A DNA stretch of 64,000 nucleotides from the human T2T-CHM13v2.0 reference genome, Homo sapiens. Position numbers and translations under genes: made by a program. Of this stretch, positions 1-14,400 are shown one piece after another. Numbering within the stretch: the stretch's first letter is position 1; the number at the start of each line of letters is the position of its first letter. The stretch lies in assembly GCF_009914755.1 (NCBI RefSeq), contig NC_060934.1; one strand, written 5' to 3'. The notes under the pieces were generated by a model. The model was not told where the DNA came from, did not search any database, and saw nothing but the letters and a program-made list of their open reading frames with translations.

Positions 1-1370
1 TTGGCTGGCAAACTGAACAAAGAAACCTCTCCGACACCTTGGTGGCTCTGGTTTTAGGGAAGAGACAGGAACTTTCTTGAGAATTTGCAACTACAGACCT
101 CAGGCCTCCCCTCATCCAGATGTGGAGTTTGAATTTAAATGGCCTGCTTATTGAAATTCAAGCCCAGACATTATTTTAAAGTAATCCTTGCTTGGAGACT
201 TCCCTATAGTGTCTAATTGAGGCAAGTATAAAACTTCCTTAAAAAAACCACCTGCAGCTCAAGACCTCAAAATTCCTAGGGACTGAGTTTAGCCAAATAA
301 TATGTGATGAAAAATAATGACCATGTTGGTAAATCATGAGCAAGTTAATGAAAATGACAACAGGTTTAGATTTTAAAACACTTCAGATATTAAGATTATT
401 AACAAAATAGCACACACAAAAAATAGAGATGGCAAGAAAAAAATGAGCAGTAAGTGAGACATTGTCAAATATGCCATGCAGATTTAAAAATGAATGTGTA
501 GAAATAAAAATAAAATTGATAAAATTAACTCATAAATATATTAGAGTCAGGTGAAGAGAGAATTAATAAACTGGAAGATTAATCCAAGGAAGTTATCCAG
601 AATGCAAAATATAGAGGAATAGATGAAAAATATGAGCGATTAAGATATTTGGAGGATTAAATAATAAGTACTAACATATAGCTACCCAGATTAGTAGACT
701 GAAAAAATAGAATGAGGAAGAAGCAATATTTGAAGAAGTAATGCCTTAGTATTTTCCAGAATGGATGAAAGATGAAAATTCTTAGATAAAGTGCTGAGTG
801 TATTTCACTAACAATAAATAGAAACTCATACTGAGATGTATTGTAAAAAATTGTAAAATAATAAAAACGAAGAGAAAATATTAAAAGTAGACTGAGTGAA
901 AAATATGTACAAAGGAGTAACAGAGACTTACTATCTTCAAAGTGCTGACAAAATAATTAAAATTAATTAAATAATTAAAGTATTTAAATAATTAATAAAA
1001 TTAAGTTTATCTGAAGTCAAGTGCCTAGAAAATTTATATATCAAGAATGAGGAATAACTAAATAAAAAGCTTAGGGCACTTACTGTTACCAGACCTTCAT
1101 TAAAAGTACTTCATAAAGATAATAGAATATATAAGAAATAGATAAAATAATCCCAGAAAGATGTTCTGATAATTTTTTCAAAAGATGTGCAAAGAAAATA
1201 GTATGTATGTGTGAAATTATGAGCTTTAAATATGAAGTATTAATAATGCATAATATGTGATATTAGAAGAAGTTCTAAGATCCTAAGATATAAAAAAAAT
1301 ATTGTACAAAAATAACACATGAGACAGGAGGGAGTTGATTAGGCCTGAGCTCAAAAGGTAAATGACAACA

Positions 1371-1430
1371 CTACTACTACTGCTGCTGCTACTGCTGATG
1401 CTGCTGATGCTGCTGCTACTACTACTACTA
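1371..1430. repeat. Compound (CTA)n/(CTG)n trinucleotide repeat, 20 triplets with ATG interruptions
   Basis: Reads (CTA)3(CTG)3 CTA(CTG)2 ATG(CTG)2 ATG(CTG)2(CTA)5. Confidence 0.95.
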
Positions 1431-2138
1431 GTTTACATAAATTTCACGCTAGTGATATGCCAGCCATGTTCTGATTGCTGTATGTATATTAATGGAAATT
1501 GACGGCCATAATAACCTTATGAGGTTAGTGATATTATCTCCATTTTTCAGATAAGAAACCTGACAATGAGAATCCACAGAAGTGACACTGCAGCGGGATA
1601 ATTAAGGAACCAGAGAGACCGAGGGGTTGAGGAGGAATTATTTAATTATTTAGGTGCACAGACCGAGTCCAATGAACATCCAAAGGACTGAGCCCTGAAC
1701 AAAGAATCAAGCTACCTTTTAAGCATTTTGTGGGGTGGGGGGAGATTTGTGCAGGGGGAAGTGTATTACAGAAGTGAGAAATAAAGACAGTTATTTAAAT
1801 TAAGACATGCATTACATTATTTCTTACTTTTCAAGGAACAGCATGTTTTATGACTTGAGTTTATCTGTTTAGTGACCTCGCAGCTACACAGCTAGAGAAA
1901 CAGTCTTCACAATGCCTGGGGAAAGGAGAGATAAGGCTCACTAGCCACAGAAAAACAGGCAGTCAATTTTTAAAGGACTTCAGCTCTTTCTCTTCCTCAG
2001 GGGAATTGGGTTTTCTTACATACAACTGAGTTTTTGCTTACACAGTCTTTAATTTCTTTTAATTCCTGTTCCAACACAGGATTTGAGTCCAGATAATCTG
2101 GTTTGGATCCATGATCCTAACCACTGGGCTGTACCACT
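1431..2138 (-). mobile_element. MIR SINE split by a solo LTR
   Basis: MIR core (ccttatgaggttagtgatattatctccatttttcagataagaaac) lies before the LTR and continues after it (ggatttgagtccag...cctaaccact). Confidence 0.75.
1589..2073 (-). mobile_element. Solo ERV1 LTR, LTR15-like (485 bp)
   Basis: TG...CA termini and a 4-bp TSD ACAC (1585-1588 / 2074-2077). The reverse complement starts TGGAACAGGAATTAAAAGAAATTAAAG, matching the LTR15 consensus as I recall it. Confidence 0.8.
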
Positions 2139-2937
2139 AGCGATTAATTTTAGACTTTTGTGCCTGGCAAAGTTTAAAAGGTAACCACTAAAATGAAAAA
2201 AAAAAAAAGAAAATATTATAACTACTTATGAATTAGAGGAGAAAAATGGAATAAGGGAGGGATCTTGTTAGCAATAAAAAAATTCCAAAAAAGCATAGAA
2301 AAATCAGGTCAAATAAAAAGCACAAGATGAGATGGTAGAAATGGAACAAAAGAATTCACTAATAAACAACGGTAAAAATGAAGTTGCTTGTTAAAAGACA
2401 GAGGTTGACAGATTGCATTAAAAATACAAGATCCAGCTATATTCTGTTTAGATAAAACACACTCAAAGCATAAGGACATAGACAGTTTGAAAGAATAAGG
2501 ATGAAAAAAGATATGCCAGGAGAATACTAATTAAAAGAAAGCTGAGATACCTATCTTATGTCAATAAAAATAGACTTGAAGGCAAAAAGAACTGTTGGTT
2601 ATAAAGAGTCACTATATAAGCAAAGGTTTTTTACACTAAGGAATAGATAACAATTCTAAACTTGTATGCACCTAATAAGATAGCTTTAAGTTATGTAAAG
2701 CAAAAATTGATAGAATTTCTTGGAGAAATTGACAAACTTACCACAAAAGCAGAAGCTATGAAAAATTGTTGGGTCAAACAGACAATAAGGAAACAGAAGA
2801 TTAACCACATAGTTAAGAACGTTGACTTAATGTACATACATTGGACTCTGCAGTCTCAAATTACAGACTGCATTTTTTTCTCAAAACATTCATAAAAGTT
2901 GACCATGAAGCCATAAATCACATATCAACACATTTTA

Positions 2938-3014
2938 TGTATGTATGTATGTATGTATGTATGTATGTACGTACGTACATACGTACATATTCTTTTACCA
3001 AGAAACGAATCTGA
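2938..3014 (-). mobile_element. Very short retroposed insert with (TATG)n tail and 14-bp TSD
   Basis: atcaacacatttta occurs at 2924-2937 and 3015-3028, flanking a microsatellite plus about 27 nt of unique sequence. Confidence 0.6.
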
Positions 3015-3081
3015 ATCAACACATTTTAAAGAGCTAGTATACTGACCACATGCTGTGCCTCTGCAGTTAAATTACTCATCA

Positions 3082-3380
<299 letters not shown>

Positions 3381-3509
3381 TTACTCATCAGTTAATACAA
3401 AAAAGAATCTCTTCTCCATCTTTTCGTAGGTTAAATTAAATGACCTGTAAGTAACTCACTGGTTAAAGAAAAAAAAAGAAATCAAAATTCAAATGAAAAA
3501 ATACAGTTA

Positions 3510-3825
3510 GGCTGGATGGGGTGGCTCACACCTGTAATCGCAGCACCTTGGGAGGCCAAGGCAGGTGGATCACTTGAGCCCGGGAGTTTGAGACCAGCCT
3601 GGGCAACATGGTAAAACCTCACCTCTACCAAAAATACAAAAAAAAAAAAAAAAAAAATAGCTGGGCATGGTGGCACATGACTGTAGTCCCAGCTACTTGG
3701 GAGGCTTAAGTGAGAGGACTGCTTGAACCCAGGAGGTCAAGGCTGCAGTGAGCCAAGATTGCACCACTGCACTCCAGCCTGCGTGACAGATTGAGACTCT
3801 GTCTCAAAACAACAACAAAAACAAC
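3510..3825 (+). mobile_element. AluJ
   Basis: Dimer with J-type diagnostics (cacttgagcccgggag, ggtcaaggctgcag). Confidence 0.92.
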
Positions 3826-5635
3826 TAAAAATAATGAAAATAATAAATATCAAAAATTTGGGATGTAATTAAAATTACTCCATAATCACTTAAGGAGGAA
3901 AAAAAGGCTGAAAATCAATGAAGTATGTAACTAACATAAGAAGCTTAGAAAAGAGTAGAATAAGCCAAGAGAAAGTAAAAGGAAGGAAATAGTAAAGAGC
4001 AGAATTAGTGAAATAGAAGACATGCAATATAGAGGATCAATAAAATCTCAAGTTAGATTTAAAAATCATAATTTCCAATGACATTTTTTCACTGAGTATA
4101 AAATGTGAAGATCCATTACAAGGATACCAGTGTAGACATAGAAATATAATCTCAATAGAAAGAATGATTTGAATTTTTTCTTTTACCAATTTTACATTTA
4201 CGTTTTAAATTTGCATAAACTAAAATTAACTTTTTGGTACACATACCTATTAGTTTTGATGAATTCAAAGATTTGAGTATTTATCCATCATCATAATCAA
4301 GCAACAAAACAGGTCAATCATTCCCCAAACTTCTTTGTGATGCCCCTTTAAAATCATCCACTAGCCCTCACCCTAGACCCCTGGTAACCACTAATTTTGT
4401 TCTCCTCCCATAAAGTGTTGCATTTTCCAGAAAATCATATAAATAAATTATACAGTATTTGGCCCTTTCAGCCTGGCTTCTTTTATTTATCATAATCCAT
4501 GAGATATTCATTCATATTGTTGTATGTGTTAATAGTTTGTTTCTTGTTATTGCTAAGTAGTATTCCATTGTAGGGATTGTAACATAATATCCATTCACCA
4601 GTTGAAGTACATTCCATGTATCAAATTTACAGTTTCTTAACAATTATGCTTACAATTTATAAATATTCATGTACAGGTTTTTGTGTCAACATAAGTTTTT
4701 ATTTCTCTTGGTATATACCTAGGTGTGGGACTGGCATATAGTAAATGAGTGCTAAACCTTCTAAGAAAGAGACACACTGTTTTCCAAAGTAGCTCTATCA
4801 TTCTGTATCCTCACTAGCAGTTTCTGAGAGTTCCGTTCGTTTTGCATCCTTGCCATCACTTTCAATTTTCAGTTTTAAAATAATGTTAGTCCGTCTCATA
4901 GATACGTGTGTACTTCTGGTTTTAATTTGTATTTCCCTTATGACTAATAATGTTGAGCATATTTTCTTGTGCTTCTTTGCCATTCATACATCTTATTGGT
5001 GAAGTTTCTGCTTAATTTTTGAGTGTGTGTGCTCATTTTTCAATTGTATTGTTTGCTTTCTTATGAATTATCTGAGTTCTTTGTATATGCTAAATATTCT
5101 TATTTGTGATATCTGATTATATATTGCTCAATGTTTTCTAATATTTTGTTACAGACTTTTGTGTCTATGATAATGAGAGGTATCAGTCTCTAGTTTTCTT
5201 TTTTTGTAATGTCTTTCTGGTTTTGACATCACAATAATGCTGACCTCATAAAATGACTGGGGAAGTGTTTTATCCCTTTTATTCTGTGGAAGAGATTTTG
5301 TAGAGTTCAGAGTATATATTCCTTAAATATTTAGCAGAATTCCAGAGTGAAATCATTTAGAGCTGAGGTCTTCTTTGTTGGAAGATTTTAAACTACAAAT
5401 TCAATTTCCTCACCAGGTATAGCACTCTTAAGATTATCTATTTCTTCTGGAATAGTTTGTGCCTTTCAAGGAACTGGTAATTTTATTTAAGTTGTCACAT
5501 TTATGGGCATAGAATTTTTCATAGTATTTTCTTATTCTTTTAATGTTTGTAGGGTTTTTAGTAATTTTCTCTCTTTAATTCATAATGTTGATAATTCATG
5601 TCTTCTCTCTTTTAGTCACACTAGAAATTTATTAA

Positions 5636-5765
5636 ACCATTTATGCTGAAGATTGCAAATTCTTTTTTGTGAAAAATCAGACATTGGTGATGACCTTGAG
5701 CAGTAGGATATAAATAACTCCCGGAAGCTTAGTGTTCAAATAATGGAACACTAGGCATAAATGGG
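5636..5765 (-). mobile_element. MER85 non-autonomous piggyBac (PGBD3-derived MITE)
   Basis: TTAA TSDs at 5632-5635 and 5766-5769, TIRs (a)ccatttatgc...gcataaatggg, and internal gatgaccttgagcagtaggatataaataactccc. Confidence 0.93.
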
Positions 5766-7292
5766 TTAATGTTGTTAATCTTTTAAAATAACTCGCTTTT
5801 GGTTTTGTTGATTTTCTGTATTATTTTGTTTTTCCAATTTCATTGATTTTTGCTCATATTTTTACTCTTTCTCCTTACTTGGGACTTAATTTCTTCTTTT
5901 TCTATTTTTTAGTCAGAAGCTTAGATTACTGAGTGGAGACCGTTTTTCTTTTCTAATATAAATAATCTAAAACAATTAATTTTACTCATAAGCACTACTT
6001 TTGCTGAATTCAATCAATTTTGATATATTGTATTTTTATTTTAATTTAGTTCAAAATATATTTAAATTCCTCTTGAAACTTCCCACTTAGTTCATTTATA
6101 GTCCCATAGTTCATTTATAATTATGTTAATTTTAAGTATTTGGGGATTTCCATGCTATTTTTCTGTTATTGATCGCTAGTTGAACTACTGTGTGGTCAAA
6201 AAACATACTTTGTGTGGTATGTATTCTTCTTAATTTGTTAAGGACATTTGTGACCCAGAGTATTGTCTGTCCTGGTTAGTATTCCATGAATACTTGAAAA
6301 TAAGATATATTCTGCTTTTGCTGGGTAGAGTGTTCTATGAATGACAAGTGGATCAAATTGGTTGATAGTGTTGTTCAGGGCTTTTATAGTCTTACTGATT
6401 TTCTGTGTACTTATTCTGTCAGTTTCTGTGTGAGGAGTCTTGAAGTCTCCAGCTACAAGTGTGGGTTTGTCTATTTTTCTTTTAATTTGATTAGTTTTTG
6501 CTTCAAATATTGATATTTTGAAGCTCTGGTGTTAGTTGCATGTATATACAGAATTTTTATGTCTTTTTGGGGAATGTCATTTTTACCATTAATTATGTAA
6601 TGTCTCTCTTTATGTATGGTATTGTTCCTGTTCTGAAGTCTACTTTTTCTGATATTAATATGCCTATTCTAGTTTTGTTTTAATTCATGTTGGAATAATA
6701 TTTTTTTTCTGTGTCTTTATCTTTAACATATCTATGTTTTTATGTTTAGGATAAATTTTCTTTTATATAGCATATATTTAGATTTAGAGTTTTATTCAGT
6801 CTGACAATCTGTCTTTTAATTCATATATTTAAATCATTTACATTTAATGTAATTAATGATATGCTTGGATTAAAATATAATGTCTTGCTATGCATTTTTT
6901 ATTCTTGTTCTTTATTTTTTCTCTTTTTCTGTCTTCTTTTTAAAAAGTTGGGTGTTATTATTCCATTTTACCTCCAATATTGTCTTTTTATTTATACTCC
7001 ATTCTTTCAAATATTTTAGTGGTTACTGTATGGTTTACAATACGTATCTTATTTACTCAAAGTCTACCTTAAAATAATATACTGTTTCAATATAGTATAA
7101 ATACTTTATAGCATTTTTTTCCTAATTACTTCTTATTCTTTTTGCTATTTTATGTTATTTTACTTTCCTATATACTATACACACAATACATTGCTATTAT
7201 TTTTTATTTAGGCTGTTAGTTATCTTTTAGATAATATACAAATAAAAGGCAATTCTGTATATTTTTCCCTTACTGCATTTCCAGTTCTATTC

Positions 7293-7326
<34 letters not shown>

Positions 7327-7410
7327 CATGTGCATAAATCTACATTACTATCTAGCATGATATTATTTCTGCCTGAAGAACTCTTTTAATATTGTTTTTA
7401 GTGTAGGTAT

Positions 7411-8045
7411 TGTATTAGCCAGAGTTTTCCAGACAAATAGAATCAATGAGATATAGATACATATCTCTTTCCCCCTCTTTCTTTCTCCTTCTCTCTCTCT
7501 ACACACACACACGTATGCATTGATATGTATGTATGTATGTATGTGTCTGTCTGTCATCTAGCATCTGAGAGGAGATTTAGTGGGGGGATTGGCTCATGTG
7601 ATTATGGAGGCCTCAGCCTCATGACAGGCTGTTCTCTAAGCTGGAGACCCTGGGATGTTGGTAGCATGGTTCAGTCTAAATTTGAAGGCCTCAGAACCAG
7701 GGAAGCCAATGGCCTGAGAACCTCAGGAGGCACTAGTGTAAGTCCTGGAGTCAAAAGCCTGGGGAACTTGGAGTTATCCAAGGACAGGATGAGAAAAGTG
7801 TATTCCAGTTTCTGCAGATAGATCAACACATTTGCCCTTCCTTTGTTTGTTTTTTTCCCTCTGGATCCCTGGTGGATTGGATGGTACTCACCCACTTTGA
7901 GGGTGGATCTTCTCTAACCCCATTGGACTCACATGCCAATCTTCTTTGAATAAAACCTTCACAGACACCTCAGAAGTAATGCTTTATGAGGTTTCTAGGT
8001 ATTCCTTAATCCAGTCAAGTTGACACCTAAAATCAAACATTTACA
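7411..8045 (-). mobile_element. MLT2 (ERVL) solo LTR with internal microsatellites
   Basis: TG...CA ends and a 5-bp TSD GGTAT (7406-7410 / 8046-8050). ccttaatccagtcaagttgacacctaaaat is the reverse complement of the MLT2 5' end. Confidence 0.9.
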
Positions 8046-10289
8046 GGTATGCTGGCAAAAAATTCTCCTTTGGTTGCCCTGAGAAAAGTCTTAGATTCTC
8101 CTTTAATCTTGAAAGGTAATTTCACTGGCTATAAAATTCTGGGTTGACGTTTTCCTTTTCTTTCAGCACTTTAAAGGTGGCATTCCATTGTCTTCTGACT
8201 TGCAGTGCTTCTTATTGGAAGTCTACTGTAATTCTTATCATTGTTTCTGTCTATGTAATATTTCCTTTTTCTCTGGTGACGTTCAATATTTTTTCTTTAT
8301 TTTTAGTTAACAACTGTTTGAATATGATATGCCTATATGTGTGTGTGCATGCATTTTTTCCCTTTTTCTTGTATTTTAGTATATATTTTACTTGGGGTTA
8401 TCTGAGCCTCTTGGATTTGTGGTTTTGTGTTTTTTATTAAATCAAATGTTCCCTCATATATCTTGGTATCTTGGATGCTCTGTTTTGATCCTTCCCCTTG
8501 CCTCCCACTCTGTTTTTCTCTTGTATTAGTTTGGGTACTTTCTATTGGCCTGTCTCTAAGTTCACTGTTTCCTTATTTGGCTCTGTCAAGTCTACTGATT
8601 AGACTATCAAAGGCATTCTTCATCTTTGTTACTGTGCTTTTCACTATAACATTTGCATTAGATTTTTTTCTTATAGTTTTTATCTTTTTACTGAAATTAC
8701 TCATCTGTTCTTACATGCTGTCTACCTTTTTCATTAGCACCTTTAACATATCAAAAACAGTCTCTCTAATAGTTATTATGTGTGTGATATTTGTATTTAG
8801 CTCCTTAGATCACTTTGTGTCTTGACAGTGTTGTTGTTTTTTTTTATTTTTTGATGGCTCATAACTTTTTTGTAGAAGTTTATGCATTTGGTGTAGGACA
8901 GTAGCCACAGAAGTAGATAGCTTTTTTTTGTTTGCCTGTAAATGGGTATGCCTTTCCTTATGTTAAGCTTTCAGGGTGGCATTTCATTCAATATGGACAG
9001 GAATTGGTCTGGTTTTGGGATTGTTGCTATGGTTACCCTCATTGTACCACCAGCTTGCCATTTCAGTAGTTGTTACCTTATGTTTAGGGTGATGGTAGTT
9101 TGCACCAATTTTTTCTAAGTGTCTGCTGTGCACTAAGCTTCAGGTCTTCCCTTTGTGCTGTGCCTTAGAGAGAATTTCTCTCCCCTTTTTTGCTTAATCT
9201 CCCTGCAGTATACCATTGTTACTTGATGCCTGCTATCCTCGTGGTGAGGGTTGGGGTGATTTTTATTATAGTTCTAATTAAGCATCTGTTTTAGGCAGAT
9301 ACTGTGCCCTAAGACTCATTTCTTAGGGTTATGAGTTTCTCAGTGCTCCTACGCCACTCCTAGTTGTATTCCTGCTTTTCTCCAAGATGTAGAGAGATTT
9401 TTTTCCTTTTCTTTTTCCCTAGCTTCTGTTGATTTTCCACTGCTCTTCCCCGAGATATAGGGAGTTTTCTTTCCTTTTCTTTTCTCCTAGCTTCAGTTGA
9501 TTTTCACTAGTGCCCTAAGGGTGCACATCTTTCTTGACCCTCCACCAGTACTTGAAGGCATTTGTTTTGTAGGGGAGAAAAGAAAGGTGGGTTTAGGTGG
9601 GTTTTCATGTCTTTTTTTGAGTCTTTTTTTATTATCCCCCTTCATTTCATGTCCAAAGCCTTGAAGGATGCTATCTTAGGACCCTCACTAATCTTTTTCT
9701 GTTTGTTTGTATTGGTGAGCAGCAAGTCAGGACTGTGAGGAAGTGAAGAAGAGCATGCAGGTGGTGTGAATCTCCCTTTTATATGTGGCTCGTTGTATGT
9801 GGTTCTCTAACATTTTATATTCTTGACTAGCCCACGTTTAACCTTTACCAATTTACTTAAAATTTTAGCTGAATTGTTACTGGCATCTGACAGTGTCTGT
9901 AAGCAAATGCATATATCTTGTCTGTCCTTGCAAGTACCTGCCTTTCCTTAGATTTGGGGTTAGAGGTTGTTGCTCTACCACCTCAGCTCTCTGAGGATTT
10001 CAAGAAAAGTTAAAGGTTTTCATATTGTCTGCCATTTTATTGGCTATTTTTATTGTATTGAGGTTGGAAGCAATGCCCTTTGCAACCTTCTGCGTCCCAA
10101 GTAGAAGCTGGCAGTACCAATCAATTATGTTTTAGTGGGAGAATATGAAAATGTAGAATATATATGCATGGAATACATCTGCAAATCACCAAGTCCTTGG
10201 GTTTGAATTAGCTCATGTGGAACTCCCATTGTAACATAACTTTTACATTCTTATATCCACATTTCCATTACTGAAAGTTAGGGGGGTAA

Positions 10290-10690
10290 AATAATAATAG
10301 CTAAAACATGCATAATGCATACTATGTGTGAAACACTGTTTTAACCATGCTTCACATATTAACCCATTTAATTCTCACAACTTTTATGTTACTAATAAAG
10401 AAACTCAGGCACTGTGAGGTCAACCACTTGCTCAAGTCATCCTACCTCCTAAATAGTAGATTTGGGGGTTTGAACACAAGTGTTTTTAATCAGCTTTATC
10501 ACTTCCCAAATAAAAGTATAAAAGGGTGATTAATCAGGGTACTTCAGAATTCTGAAGAGCATCTAGTCCTGCTCTTTTATTTTACAAGTGAGAAATTTTA
10601 AACATGTGAGTTAAGTGACTCATCAGGACCAACCACATAGTTTGGGGCTGATTCCATATAGAACCAAGGTTTCCATTTCCCATGCTATTT
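10290..10690 (-). mobile_element. Two MIR-family fragments
   Basis: MIR cores aaactcaggcactgtgaggtcaaccacttgctcaag and ttttacaagtgagaaa...gttaagtgactc. Confidence 0.7.
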
Positions 10691-11224
10691 TTGTTTAATC
10701 ACAGCATTCGATTACAAATGGGAGTTCAGTTCCAGTGCTCTAAATCTAGAGATTCATTTTTAAAAAATTTCTTATTTGGGCTAAGGTTTATTTATTTATA
10801 GGTTCAGCTCAAATGATGGAGAGGAACGTAATTTTCAGATTGCCATGTAATTGTATCACATTAACTTATATATGTCCAAGAACAGAACATATCCAAAGTT
10901 AAAATATCCATCTTCATTCAGGCAGGGAACAAAGTAAATATCTGTAGTTGGGAATTTTCTATCAAAAGGCTTTTTCCCTCCAGTGTTTATTAATGAGTAC
11001 ATTTGATTGTAGAAGCCATTTGTTCTGCTAAGCTTTAAAAATAATAACTCTTGCTAGTCCTCTCAAAGACTGTATCTTAAATATATAGTTCATTCATTAT
11101 CATAGCTCTGTTTTCTAACTCTTCTCTTTTATTTAATACAATGCCTGTGGAAATTTATATACCCCTTAAGGGCAGACTTTCCATCGGCTTCCTTTCTCTT
11201 CACCTTTCCATGATGGTTACATAC

Positions 11225-11951
<727 letters not shown>

Positions 11952-13899
11952 GAACATTTAAATGTTTTCTAATTGCACATCAAAAACTGGTTGAAGTCCA
12001 CAAACGTGAGGGATTGTCATTGCTTTTAAGAAACAATGTATCAAGGGATTATGAAAAATATGATTTGAATTTTGAAAACCATCATGTTACAGTTATAGAT
12101 AATAACCTTAGAGAAATCCTATTGTAAATTCACTAATAAGATACGGAGATACAATGACAAATCAAGACTGTAATTAATTGTAAGAAACTGGGTCCTGCAA
12201 GTCTTCATTATCATGAGCCATGTTAGTTAACATTTTCACTAATTAGCTTGACAATAAAATTATCACACAGTTAGTGACCCTATGAGGTCACAAACACAAA
12301 GTAACATTGCTTACAATGTCAGGGTTAAATAATTGATGGTAGGATTGACTAGCATTATAGTTAAAACCCATGCAACACAGGCAGGCCAAGAGATAGGAAA
12401 ACTTACTCAGATTAAATGTGGCTCTTTTTATCGGATATATCAAAGACATTTCATAACATTGGCTTTTTGAAAAGAATTCCGTATACTATCTCTGATTTTT
12501 TTCACATGATATAAATTCCTGTTACTGCTAGCCTCTTGTATAATGCCGTTTGTAATAAACTAAGCAAAATTTGCTTTCAGAGGTTAGTATTTAAGAAGAA
12601 AAGTATCCCGAAAATCTGTTAATGACATATGTAATATAATGCTTAAGGATGTATTGACAGTCTACAGAATCCATTGAAAAAGCTTAAGAGCAGAAGAGGA
12701 CAATTCATATGATGGTTAAACCTTAAAATAGTTTATCAGTGAAGAAAAAAGAAACTGTGATTTTGAAAGGAAAGGCAAGGGCAGTAGAAAATGTCTGAGG
12801 AAGAAATAGATCAATATTCAAGGTAATGATCAGAAAATGTAGGCCTTTGTCATTAGCAATGGAAAAATGTTAGATAATCAGGTGATAAATGACTTTGTGG
12901 GAGGGAGGTGGTCGTATGTATCAGGCAAATGATTTCATGGAGTAGTTTCTTATATTTATGTATATTACTATGTATCTTCCTTCTTTGAACCTAAGTAGAA
13001 TAATTTGTTTATTTCAGTTCTTTTAGATAACTAACTGTTACATTACCTTTTCAAATATTTAATTAAAACCTAAGCTTAACCAAATCAAATGTACTCTATG
13101 CCTTTGATTGCACAAGGGGCCCTAAAGTACTGTACATTAAAAATAAAATTCTATTGTAATAAAAATTTAACCAAATTATTTAAAAATTTAATGAAAATAA
13201 TGTCATAGACAAAAGTAAAAAATAATACAATCTCATGCAATTATCTTAATATTTGCACATTGCCTTCTGCATGCAGCCATATTTTTAACATACTTGCAGT
13301 CATAATACGCATTTCTATATTATAATTTTTGTATTGTGAATTGCCATCTTTCCCCATCTTGTTGAAAAAAAGATTTAAATAGCTTACAAAGAAATCCACA
13401 ATAAAACAAAGTAACATTAATTAAAACCAATAGGAAAAGAAAGAATTCAGGAGAAAGAAAGGGAAGGGCAGGATAAAATAAGAAATATGTGAGGTAATAT
13501 AAAAAATATGTCATTAGCTATTAGACACGGGCCATAGATTTATCTTTGAGCAAGCGCTTAAAGAGGGAAATGGGATCAATTTCTGATTTATCGTGTCTAG
13601 TAGATTAAAACATATCAGTTGTTTAGGAGAAGTAACAAATATTTTTAATCCTGAAACCATAGATAAATTTCTTTTGTTTTTCATCATAAAGAGGATACAA
13701 TGGCTTCAACATCACTCTAATGTCAAATATAGCCATGAGTTTCACGAGGCTGCTTCTTGTAACACATATTTTAATATTCTCAGTGTTGGCAAATACTATA
13801 GAACTAAAGTTAGCATACCTTAATGCATTTATAAAAAATCAGAACAAGATTATATTTCAATATACAACTTCTGTATAACCAAAAAACAAAACATCACAG

Positions 13900-14400
13900 T
13901 AAAATGAATGAGAAAAAACATATTTGCAATTCTAGACAAAATGTTAACATCTTTAATCATAAATGAACTCTTCAGAAATCAGTACAAAGAGACTAAAATT
14001 ACAAGGGAAGTGAAAAAAAGGAACAGAGGGAAATGGAATAGCACAAATGAGTTATAAGGCTATATGAAGATGATATAGTTAATATTAATAGCTGAGAAAG
14101 CAATTTCATTATAAATTCCATTATCGATCCTTACAAATATTGATATCTGATGTTTGTGCAGCTTTAGGAAATGAAGAATTCTCAAATACTGGGGAAACTT
14201 ACTGTAGTCACGGGGAGTTTACTCAAAAAATGTAGATTTTTGCATAAACTTGGCCCCGGCAGTTCCAAACCATAGGAATCACTCCAACAAAGTAGTTAGA
14301 TACACACCCACACACATATACATACATGTTTACTACATAGGAAATGTGTAAGTAATATATCATCCCCCAAGAAACTACTTATGTATCAATTGGTTTATAA
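13900..14400 (+). mobile_element. Degenerate L1ME-like ORF2 3' fragment
   Basis: gagaaaaaacatatttgcaa...gacaaaatgttaacatct resembles the L1 ORF2 C-terminal region. Confidence 0.5.

Larger units (their letters stand above)
4170..10100 (-). mobile_element. Old L1 (L1MC/MD-like), from the 3' end through ORF2, ORF1 and 5' region, internally deleted
   Basis: T-rich + strand with an L1M 3'UTR signature at 4200-4600. ORF 4798-4983 (KKICSTLLVIREIQIKT) is the L1 ORF2 C-terminus. Interrupted by MER85 and MLT2. Confidence 0.8.

Noticed and set aside
8144-8825. Hydrophobic, membrane-protein-like ORFs
   Set aside because: An artefact of the T-rich antisense strand of L1.
10801-10850. Possible exon after tttatttatttatag (FSSNDGEERNFQIAM*)
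   Set aside because: The acceptor is plausible but the donors (GTAATT) are weak and there is no other support.
12571-12590. ttgctttcag AG gttagt, acceptor and donor 2 nt apart
   Set aside because: A 2-nt exon is implausible and the pyrimidine tract is short.
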